From positions 644,741 through 708,740 of the forward strand of contig MU058226.1 in the NCBI GenBank assembly GCA_013265495.1: a stretch of DNA of 64,000 nt. Direction: 5' to 3'. Source of the DNA: Vicugna vicugna (taxonomy: Eukaryota). Below are positions 13,498-23,800 of the stretch, one piece after another (position 1 is the stretch's first letter; the number at the start of each line of letters is the position of its first letter). Made by a program: the position numbers and the translations under genes. Below the pieces are notes generated by a model that was not told the origin of the DNA, made no database searches, and was given only the letters and a program-made list of their open reading frames with translations.

Positions 13498-14532
13498 CTA
13501 GAGTGAAAGAAAGCGGTTTGGTTTCAAGACTTGGTTTGTCCTTTATGCTGTACACCAGAAGTTGACACATTGTAATTGACTATACTTCAGTTAAAACAAT
13601 TACCACCACCAAAAAAAAAAAAAAAAAGACTTGGTTTGTCTTTTAACCCTGGTGGTTGTGATTTATCAAGATCCATCCAGTTCATCTCTCTGACTCCTTC
13701 CTATTTACCATTTTCTTCAGATCCTGACACTTCCCACAAAAGAGACACAACTTCCAAAAATGTTGATGTCATGTGGGAAAAATAAAACTATTTTGATCAG
13801 TGGAATTGTGGGGAGGAATGGAAATAAAGATAATTCATATTTTAAAAACTTTTTTTGTCAAATGTTTGAAAGTTTAAAATTCAGCAAGTTCGGGAACACA
13901 GACTTTCCCCTTACTTCCTGTACCCTGAGACTTTTGAACCATCTCTTGTTTTCAGTCTCTACAAGGGGTTAAGAAGGTGCCAGTGATCACTCAGTGCCAC
14001 ACTTAGAGGCTGGTTTGGAGGGAGGAAAGGACCCACCAGCCTGGAGCAAGAGAATCTGACTTTTCATCATGATTCACATGATCAAAAGCTCACTTGTTTG
14101 TGATCACAATGAAGTCAAGAAGGTCCTCCCTCTACTGATGAATATTGAATGTGACTCATGCGTGTGCCAAGTAGATACTGAAGCTTTCATTTTGTCAGCC
14201 GTCCTTCAGAATGCCCTAGTTTCACAGTGTGATTTTGGTGAGATTAAACCATGAACATCTCAACTGAGCAGAGCATTACTTTTGGCTTAATCACACTTAT
14301 AAACCGATCCCGAGTTGTGGGTCTGCTGCTTGGGCCAGAGGTCAGTGCACAATGGCATCAGTGACCAACAAGAATGATTGAGGGTTTTTTTTTTTTGAAT
14401 GAGGTTTTAATGACCTGTATGAGCTAGCTAATTGTCTAAGCCACCCCTTGCTAAGATTCCACCGTAGGATGACACCAAAGGACCAGTCCTTCCCCATCCA
14501 GCAGAGACCAGAAGTTGAAGGCTTGGATTTTA

Positions 14533-14635
14533 ATACTTGTTCTTCTTCTTCTTTTTTAAATGGAGGTACTGGGGACTGAACCCAAGACCTCGTGCATGAG
14601 GCATGAGCTCTACCATTGAGCTATAGCTTCCCCCC
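14533..14635 (-). mobile_element. tRNA-derived SINE (vic-1-like)
   Basis: Same consensus; TSD aaggcttggatttta (14518-14532 and 14636-14650). Confidence 0.88.
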
Positions 14636-15365
14636 AAGGCTTGGATTTTAGACCAAAAGTCAGCAAGAGGAAGTCACAGGCTGGCACAGAGTCCTTTTAT
14701 CTCCTTTTGTAGAAACGAGGCCCCTCAGAGACATTAAAAGACCCAGAACTCCCCACTGAGAGCTGTCACGCATTGTCTCTCCAGGAAAGAGTAGCTGTGC
14801 TCATTAAAACCTACCCAGTCCTGATTTTAATGATCTTTTGCAGAATTTCAGGGTGGGTGGTATTAATACAAAACAGCACAATTTCTGACACAAGTGGCCA
14901 TCTAAAATGTTTCCATTTTCTCCTGTTACCCCTCAATTTCTCATCTCTGAAAAGTTCCAAACATCTATCTTTAACCTTATAGTTTAATCCTTGCTCCAGC
15001 TCTCACCATGTCTCACTATATTTGTGTTTTTGTGGTCCTCTTTCTGTCCATTTTATCTCTCTGCATACTCTCTCCCCTTCCCTCTTCCTCTCCTTTCTCC
15101 CTCTGCCTTTTCCACCTTCCTCCCTCCACCTCTTCCACCTTCCTCCCTCCGCCTCTTCCACCTTCCTCCCTCCCTCAGTTCTGCCCTCAATTTTTATGCT
15201 TCCCTTTCTTTCTCTCCATCTCTGTCTCTCTGTGTCTTTGCAAAGCTCTATGCAGGTGTCCTCATGCCTGATGATTTCACACGCCTCAGTTCCCAATGCC
15301 CACCTCATCCTCCTCAGATGCCCTGTTCCCATGATGTCCTTAACATTTCAGGGCCAAATACTCAC

Positions 15366-15973
15366 CACAAGGAAGCCAAATCCAACAAAGAGTGCAACAG
15401 TGACAGCGGTGGCAGCCAGGGAAATGAGGATGATTCTGATGGGTGTCTGGAGCCCAGGGGGTTTCACTGCCGTCACTGAATCTGTTTCCTCTGGGTGAGT
15501 GTCTGGGTGTTTAGTGGTGTAATTTTCTGTGTCTTCAGTCCCTGGTTCTGAAGTGGTGTAGTCCTCCATGGTCCCTAGGTCTGCTGTGGTGTAATCCTTT
15601 GTGGTCCCCAGGTGTGCTGTGGTGCGGTCCTCTCTGGTCCCCGGGTCTGCTGTGGTGCGGTCCTCTGTGGTCCCCGGGTCTGCTGTTGTGTGGTCCTCTG
15701 TGGTCCCCGGGTCTGCTGTGGTGTGGTCCTCTGTGGTCCCCGGATCTGTGGTGGTGTAGTCCTCTGTGGTCCATGGGTTGGCTATGATGTAGTCCTCTGT
15801 GGTCCCCGGGTCTGTGGTGGTGTAGTCCTCCATGGTCCATAGGTCTGCTGTGTTGTCCTCCATGGTCCCCAGGACTGCTGTGGTGTAGTCCTCTGTGATC
15901 CCTGGGTCTTCAGTGGTGTGGTCCTCCCTGGTTCCTGAATTCAAGGTGGTGTAGTCTGCAGAGGCTCCTGTGT
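15366..15973 (-). CDS. HCG22: HCG22/PBMUCL2 orthologue exon 2: DPGTTED repeat domain and TM helix
   Basis: Acceptor ctttctctacag|AC. Stop-free 608 nt with ADPGTTEDHTT repeats and TTKHPDTH (recalled human PBMUCL2: ADPGTTEDSVT...TTKHGDTHLL), then [33 protein letters not shown]|gtgagt (phase 0). Confidence 0.82.
15549..15941 (-). repeat. Coding VNTR, about 12 x 33 bp (11 aa, DPGTTEDHTTA)
   Basis: Visible in DNA (gtcctctgtggtccccgggtctgctgtggtg) and in the translation. Confidence 0.9.
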
Positions 15974-17074
15974 CTGTAGAGAAAGTCTTTTTTAATGTGG
16001 ATCATTGATGCCCATCATCATCTGTTCTGCTTAATATTTTTCATAACTTTCTTGCCCATTCAAATGATATCTTTCCCCATATAATGTGGTTGGACTTATT
16101 TGAGTTAAGTATCATCTGATATTTTAGATTTAATTCTGATTAAACGTATTCCACAAGATGCCCTACAATATGGAGTATCCAGATCTAATTCATGTCCTTA
16201 GACGGTCTTCTCATCCAGCCTTTGATTCTCCCTTTGTGGTTCTAGTCTCTTTGTAGACCTCACTTCCCCCTGCATTGGTATGTCAGCAATCCAGCCATTC
16301 TGACTCCACGTTTGTATGTGTTGCCTCTCATCCAGGTATGCCTGGGTCTCTGGCAGACAAGTGAGGCAGGAGCTATGACTTTTATTAGAGATTAAATTCA
16401 GGTCATGGGTTGGTATATGATTTAGAATGAGGCATCTCCCGGGTTGGATCCGGGGCAGAAGTGGCAAGATCGAAGGCAGGTAATAGTCAAGGTGGTCTGA
16501 GGGTAGGAGGAGTCATAAGGGGTGGTGAGTGTGGTTTGGCTGGGGTTGACAGCAGCACTGAGTTGGATATAAGTAGAAGGAAGAAATTAATCTTTTCCCC
16601 TCCCACCACCCCCACCTGCAGGGCATCAGGACTGAGAGTATTTACTCTCATCAATAAATGCAGCCTAAATGGCATAAATTTTAGAGTCTTGGGTTCCTTT
16701 GCCCCAGAGAGTTCATCCTACCTGCTGCTGATTCCCCCAAATTCCTCAAATAAGGCTCAAATCTTTCATTTCTTAAGGAAAGTTGAAATACAGGAACTTA
16801 AAGTCTAAACAATCAAAATCAGAGAATTTCCTTAAGAGAAGATGCTGGAAAGAGATGAACAGGAACCCTGGGAACACTGCTTCCCTGTGATAGGGAGTTT
16901 GGGGCAGGTCACTAGGTCCAGAGATCCCCAAGGTCCTCTCATCTATCCTGTTAACTTCACTCAAGACTGACCCTGCCTGAGTCCTAAGAGGACCTTCTCC
17001 AAGGATCCCGATCCCCACATCTCCAGACCCTGGGGAACTTTTGTGCCCTTTTCTCCAAAAAATAGTTCACTCAC

Positions 17075-17141
17075 CCAGTTCTAAACACCCAAAGAGAAGC
17101 AGCAGCAGAAGAGATGTGGCAGGGCATTTTCTTGTTTTCAT
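17075..17141 (-). CDS. HCG22: HCG22/PBMUCL2 orthologue exon 1, signal peptide
   Basis: ATG at 17141 gives MKTRKCPATSLLLLLLFGCLEL-G|gtgagt (phase 1). TATAAA at 17243-17248. Confidence 0.78.
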
Positions 17142-18231
17142 CGCTAGAGAATCCACATGGGCTGGAAGCCAGGATGTCTTTTCCTCCCTCCTCGCTACTT
17201 TTTCTGTCTTCCCTTCTCCTTAAGTGCACAGTGGCTGTGACGTTTATATGAGCTGCTGCTAAAGGAATCAGGAAGCCTGGGTCTTCTTTCCTTCTTTCAG
17301 GGAGGAACAACCGCTCCTCTACTCTCTGTCAATCAAGGGAATAAGAATCTGTTAGAGAGGAGTGACAGGGCGGAAGAGAGATGTCACAGATGCAAGAAGA
17401 GGATCTTGGCTCTGGTCCAGGGCCCAGAGTTGAGCGGTAACAGGGGATCAAGCTTGTCATCATGGGTGGCATCACTTTCAGATGCAGAGCCCTAGGCAAA
17501 AGCTGTCCGCCACACCATGTCTCAGTGCTCGGAGAAGGGCTTGAACTTCCTTTTCTGCAGGTGGGCGTGGGAAGGTTGGGGTGACTAAGGAGGGTACATG
17601 CCAGGTCTGCCTGGGGGACAGTGCATGGTAAGAGGAGAACTAGATGTCAGAGGGCATAGAGCATCTTAGTCCTTAACAGGAAGGAGCATTGATGAGGGAG
17701 GTGGAAACACTCAATCTCTTTATCTTAAAACCACCCTCTTCTCTCAGTCATCCACCAAAGTCTTTTTCAGTGGCTCATCTCCCACCTGCAGTTTTACCTC
17801 CTTGCTCCTATTACTTGATTGCCCTCACCCCACTAAGCTTCCCTCAGTGACTAGATGAAATTAGTTCACCTCCAAGGGTCCCATTGGGCTTGGAATGAGA
17901 AAACCCATGCTCCTTCCTTTTCTGACTCCCATCCCGGCCTCATTCAACATTGTCCAGAAAATTATAGCAGCTTGTTCTCATTCAGAGGCAGGAAGTTTCC
18001 TGCCCTTTGGGGGGCATCTCTTTCCCAGTGTCATCCTAAGTGGAATAGGAACTAGGGATTACAGGAAGGCTGGGACAATGTTCCCGTCTCTGATGGCAGC
18101 TGATTTTATGAAAGCCAATTTAATGAATGGCCAGTATACCAAACTTAATTGATTACTTCAACTACTAACTTTATTTGAATGGATTAAATATTTTTGAGAA
18201 AAATATTTAGATAAATTAAGAAGGTATTTGT

Positions 18232-18361
18232 TGGGGGGGAGGATATAGCTCAGTGGTAGAGTACGTGCTGAGCTTGCATGAGGTCCTCGTTCAACCCGCA
18301 GTACCTCCATTAAAAAAATCATAAATATACCTAATTACCTCCCCCACCAAAAAAAAAAGAA
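18232..18361 (+). mobile_element. tRNA-derived SINE (vic-1-like)
   Basis: ggggagg-atatagctcagtggtagag...cagtacctccattaaaaa...cctaattacctcccc; TSD aagaag[g/a]tatttgt. Confidence 0.88.
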
Positions 18362-18439
18362 AAGAAGATATTTGTATATAGTTAATATAACTGATGAATA
18401 TATTTTAAAGGATTATCTAAGGAAAAGATACTATTTTTT

Positions 18440-20330
18440 AAGGCAAGGGCTCAATTTGCATATAGTAAAATTCACTTTTGTTCATGTAGAGATCTATGAA
18501 GCATTTTTTGTTTTGCTTTGCTTTAAAATTTTTTATTTTGAGATAATTTTAGATTATAGGAGAGTTGTAGACATAGTACAGAGAAATCACATAATTTATA
18601 CAATTACAGAAACTAAGAAATTAACATTATATAACACTATTCACTAAACTACTGAATTTATTGAGATTTCACATGTTTTTCCATTGATGTCCTTTTTCTA
18701 CTCCAGGATCCAATCCAGGATTCCATGTGGCGTTTACTCATAGGTCTTCCTGGTCTCCTCCAACCTGTGACAGCTCCTCTGTCTTTGTCTTTCCTAATAT
18801 TGACGCATTTGAAGAGTATCGACATTTTGTAGAATGTCGCAAAACTTTGGTTTGTTTGATTTCTTGCAGCTAACTTGATTTATGATTTAATCAGGGTCAT
18901 AGATTATTGGGAATGTTACCGCAGAGATGATGTGCCTTCTCAGTGTTCTGCATCAGGGAGCTGATGGGATCAGTGAGCCTTATTCCTCATGATGTTAATC
19001 TTGATCACTCAGTGAAGGTGACGTCTGAAAGAATTCTCCACTGTAAACTTACTATTTGTCCCCTTGTAATTACTAAATATTTTGTGGGGGGAAGATATTT
19101 TGAGACTCTACAAATATCCTATTTTTGCTTAAACTTTCACTCACTGCCTTTGGTGCACCTTGCCCGCAGCAGTTATTATTGTGGGTTGGTAGTGGTGTCC
19201 CTCCTTCCTTCTATATTTAGGAATTGGAATTCTTCTGTAACGAAAGTTGTACCCTCTCCCAATTTTTTTATTTGGTTATTTAAATTAGTATGGACGCATA
19301 GGCCTTTACTGTGTTCTGTGAGTTGTGATCCAGTATTACCGCTATTTATTTTGTTGCTCAAACCTTGGCTATTGGAAGCTCTTTCAGTTTGGCTCCAGTG
19401 CCTTTTTAATATTCCGCATCCTCTTTTTAAAGTACTTTCTTCCATTTTGACATCAGAAGATGCTCTATGCTCATTTTGAATTTTCTCTGCCCAGGCCTTG
19501 GAATCAACCATTTCTTCACACATCTCTGATTTTTTTTATCAGAGAATAGTATTTAGAAACAAGATCTGGGCACTAGGTGTGCTCATTGCTGATGAAGTGT
19601 TGCTGCTTTTTGTCCCCCACAGAAATTAGAGCTAGGAAATATATGTTAAGTATACTAACTCATGCATAAACACATCCCTGTATTTATTTCTGTAATTATC
19701 TATCTGTATGTGTGTATTAAACAAAAGCATGAGTCCATTTTGATACCTTCAACTCCAGTCCAGCAACACAGTTCATTCTAGCTTCTCCCTTTCCCTTATT
19801 TGTAACTTCTTCCTCTGACATGGCTCCTAATATCTATAATATTTCCACTTATTTGTTCACCCTTAGTAAACCAATAGTGGCTTCAGAATTGCTAATCCAT
19901 ACCTATGTGAGAAACAAAGTTACCAACTAGACTACAGTGTTTGTGCACATGCTTTCTGTCTTTAGTCTTACAGTCAAAACACTGGTTTTCAAAGCTACTT
20001 AGGATGACATCTTCTTCCCCATCCCCTTCAGAGTGATTATGTGATTCATTGTCAGCTCTGCATTCCACCTCTGCCCCTACATCTCTGTTGATTTGCTAAA
20101 TTTCCATACAGTAAAATTCACTCTCTGTAGTTTACAGTTCTCTGGATTTTGATAAATCATGTACTCACCACACGGAATCTGCATCATCTCCCAAAGCCTT
20201 CTCGTGCTGTCCCTTTATAGCCCGCTCTTCCCTTGAACCCCAGATCCTGGCAAAACAGATCTGGTCTCTGCCCCTGTAATTTTACTGTCTCCAGTATGTC
20301 ATCTGAATGGAATTATACAGTCTGTAGCCT
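18440..20330 (-). mobile_element. Old L1M-type 3' fragments
   Basis: Typical old-L1 3' end motifs (ttttgagataattttagattataggagagttg; ccaggatccaatccaggat). Boundaries are approximate. Confidence 0.6.
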
Positions 20331-21985
20331 TATTGTTTTGAAGATAATCTATGTATTATTCATAGATGATATCAGTAATTATTCATCAGTCAAGAATAAA
20401 CTATTTTTCTGGTATATATTCTTGAATATATTCTTTCATATGAAAATTTTAATAAATATATTTTTAAGTATGTTCTTGATTATAAAACATATCATAATCA
20501 AGAAGATATTCCCAGTATCCCCTCTGCCTGTCCCCCAGTCTCTAGCTGCAGCGGGAGGGAGACAAATTGATTATTATTTAAAGAAAATAAGATAATTTAA
20601 AAAAAAAGAATTCAGAGAATTAATTTTAAAAGAATTGTTTTGAGTTTTTAGATGAGGACCTTCTTAAAACAAACTTTAAATAAAAATCACCATGGATTCT
20701 GGAGATGAAGTTTTTTTTTAACTGCTGGGCAAAAGCCTGTTGAAATCCACTTTTCTTCTTGATTCCTATTTCCATGTTTTTGTGGTCTTGGATTTGTTTG
20801 TTTGTTTGTTTGCTGAGACATTACAAAGACCTCTGGATTCCCATCCTTATGAGATTCCAGCCTCTACTTTCTACCCAGGTGATCAGAGTGTTCTCCCTTG
20901 GAAAAAAATTTGTCCTGCAACATTGTAAAATGAACTGTTGGCTTCCTGTTGTCACGGGTTCTCGCCTCCTTGGTATGGCATTCAAGGACACACAGGTCAC
21001 CCTCTAGTCACATCTCCCTGTGCTGTCCCATCAAGTCCCATAACTCTTTTGACTATTCCTGTCCATGTCACACCTTGTTGTGCACAAAGTTTTCACTTGC
21101 CTGGCATTTCCCCTTCTCCTCCTTGTCAATGCCTGCTAAGTCTGTAATCCCCATCAAAGTCATCTTCTGTGTGAGTCAGCCCCTCTTCCCCTTGGTCAAG
21201 TTACATGCTTCCTCCTTGGGCACTTCAGTTTGTGTTGCTTGATGCATTGGCCTAAACTTATTTGTCTACAAATCTGTTTCCTTTACCAAACTGTGACCCA
21301 CGCATTCATCCTTGTTACCCCAACTTCTCAGGGCCTGGTGCCAAGCAGGTCAGTGCTCTGGAATTATGGTGAATGGATGAATGAAGAAATGAGTGAGAAA
21401 TGTGATCATTGTTTTAAGATAAAGGACTAGAGACTATTAAAGTTGAAGGGGAGATAACTGATAGACTAGTCAATGCCTTCAAGAATAAAACCATATATAG
21501 TAAAAAAAAAAAAAAAGACAAAACCCTTTTTTTATGATTTAAATGTACAGTTTAATGAATTGTTCTAAAATAAAAATCCGTGTAACCACTACCCAGGCCA
21601 AAAAACAAAAACCGGTCACTGCCCTAGAAACCTCTATGTGCTCCTTCAATTACGCGCCTCTCTATCCCTGCTAAAGGTAGCCGTTGTCCTGACTTTTACA
21701 GTAATCGCTACATCAATGTTCTTTGTACTAATGGTACCTAGCTTCGCATTCCTGAACACTCCAGTTTAATTTTGCCTGGTTTTGAGGTTTCTATTTATAA
21801 AGTGAAAATTTTTTGACCTCTTATATCTGACTTCTTTAGCTTAAAAATTAGCTTTGAAGCATTTATCCATATTGTTGTGTAACAAAAAAAACCCTATTAA
21901 ATATAACTAAAAACATTTTTTTCTGAAGTAAACTTGTAAACAGTGAAATGCACAGATCTTAAGTATTCAGTTAGATAAGTTTTTT

Positions 21986-22237
21986 ACCTGAGAGCTTGTT
22001 TGGAGGTTCTAGCAGGAGAGCGCAGCTACTCGTATACCCTTGACCGAGCAGAACAGTCCTCCTCTATCGGGGATGGTCGTCGTCTTTGATCGACCAACCG
22101 AGTGCTCAGCTTGGGGAGGGACGCACATGAAGCAGTGAGGGAGGAAGGGGGACACCCACCTAGCCAGCCAGATCAGCTGAATCAACCCTGGCGATCAATG
22201 GAATACCAGATGTTGCAGCCTGATTGCCCTCACATCC
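21986..22237 (-). pseudogene. RN7SK: 7SK RNA retrocopy, 3'-truncated
   Basis: The minus strand reads GGATGTGAGGGCAATC...CCATTGATCGCCAGGGTTGATTC...GGTCAAGGGTATACGAGTAGCTGCGCT...GAACCTCCAAACAAGCTCTC, i.e. the 5' ~240 nt of 7SK. Flanked by TSD tag[a/g]taagttttt (21972-21984 and 22238-22250). Confidence 0.92.
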
Positions 22238-22314
22238 TAGGTAAGTTTTTAAAAATTTTTTAGCAGATAAGGCTTTTTTTTTTTTAAAGCCCAATATTTT
22301 ATCCTTGTTTTCTT

Positions 22315-22450
22315 TGGAGGTGGGGAAGGGAAGTTAGGTTTATTTACATTATTGTTGTTGTTGTTGTTGTTGTTGTTTTAATGGAAATACAGGAGATTGA
22401 TCTCAGGACCTCACACATGCTAAGCACATTGTACCAGCTATACCCTCCCT
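22315..22450 (-). mobile_element. tRNA-derived SINE (vic-1-like) with (TTG)n tail
   Basis: caggacctcacacatgctaagcac...gctataccctccc. Confidence 0.8.
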
Positions 22451-23404
22451 GCCAGATAAGCTTTGACAGATGTCTATTTACCTGTGTAACCAGTAGCCCA
22501 GCCAACATATAAGACATTTCTATCATCCAGAAAGTTCCCCCTTCCTAAAAATTCTCATCTCAGTGTTCTGCTCTCTGTCACTGTAGACGAGATTTGTCTT
22601 TTCTTGAATTTCATAACAACTAGAATCATACACTAGGTCCTCTTTTGTGTTTGGCTTCTATACAGCTCTTTAAAACTGTTTTGTTAATAGTATTGCAAAA
22701 TGTATGTAAACAGCCTTGGTCCTGTTAAGAAGGCTCTGGCAAAGGCCCAGCCTAAGAGAACCATAGCAAGTGCCAAGTTGTGGAAACAAAGAGGAGTGAT
22801 TCATTTGCAGTGAGGGAGAATCAGAATCAGCAGAATGCATGTCATGAACACGTTGCACCAGACCCTTGACAAGGCCGTGGCTTTCAGCAAGAGCACGGCG
22901 CTGACACACAGGCTTTGTGTCCCTGTTCTGAGTGTGGTTTTGCAGGGGCTGCTGAGAGCCTGGATCCTGGTAGGGCAGGCCTGGCTAGCCTGTGCAGAAA
23001 CTGGGAGCATGTTCTTCCTGCCCAGGAGGGCTGCTGGGGCTGTGAGCCCACAGGAGAGAAAGGTGGTCACTTACACCTGACTTCCCAGTGAGGAGCCGAG
23101 CCCAGACTAGACCTGAGCAGCCAAGGAATGTGGCCACTCCTGGGGGAAGCCCTAGAAGCCCCATTAGCAAGACATTCTTTACTTTACATCTGGGTGATGG
23201 CTCCCCTGAGCCCTCTTCATTATGTAACATGTACCTGTTAAGTCCAGCACCTGCCTTCTCCTATCTTCCCTGATTCCATTCTTCCATCAGCCTGGAGGCC
23301 TCCAGGGAATGAGGACAGAATGAGGAGGAAACTGGGACAGATATAAAGTCTCTGGACTTCACTCTAGGGTTATGAGAGTCGGAAGAACAGAAGGAAGAGG
23401 GGCC

Positions 23405-23511
23405 TTTTTTTTTTTTCCCCCTTTTTTGTTGATGGAGGTGCTGGGGATTAAACCTAAGACTTCCTGTATGCGAAGCATGTGTTGTACCACTGAACTTTAC
23501 CCACCACCCCC
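23405..23511 (-). mobile_element. tRNA-derived SINE (vic-1-like)
   Basis: atggaggtgctggggattaaacctaag...; TSD ggaagaggggc. Confidence 0.8.
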
Positions 23512-23800
23512 TGGAAGAGGGCTCTTAATGATATAAGGAACCTCTATTTACAGTGATATACAAACACACTCACAGTCTGGCTCTCACGTATATTAGGCAC
23601 AATTATTTAATAATTTATTCACAGCTGCAGCCTCCTTTTCCTGGTTTGGAAAAACCAAACGGGAAGGCAGACAGTCAGAGACTGAAGGAGAGCTGGGAGA
23701 AGCAGCCCTAGAGGCAGGACGGGGTGACACTCAGGTCCCCAGTCCCTCAGGCCAGCTCCCCACACCCACTGGATGGTGATGCTTCTGCCTTCAGGGATGC

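Noticed and set aside
14991..15842. Multiple + strand and alternative-frame ORFs, including Cys-rich CGPRVCCG repeats
   Set aside because: Antisense or shifted readings of the 33-bp VNTR and a CT-rich low-complexity intron tract.
15549..15941. CRISPR-like appearance of regular repeats (also 49806-50498)
   Set aside because: Head-to-tail units with no unique spacers, in eukaryotic coding sequence.
17071..17127. Apparent frameshift in HCG22 exon 1 (MPCHISSAAASLWVFRTG*)
   Set aside because: An upstream ATG at 17141 gives an in-frame signal peptide ending at the phase-1 donor.
21986..22237. Functional 7SK gene
   Set aside because: It lacks the 3' ~90 nt, has many substitutions and indels, and is flanked by TSDs.
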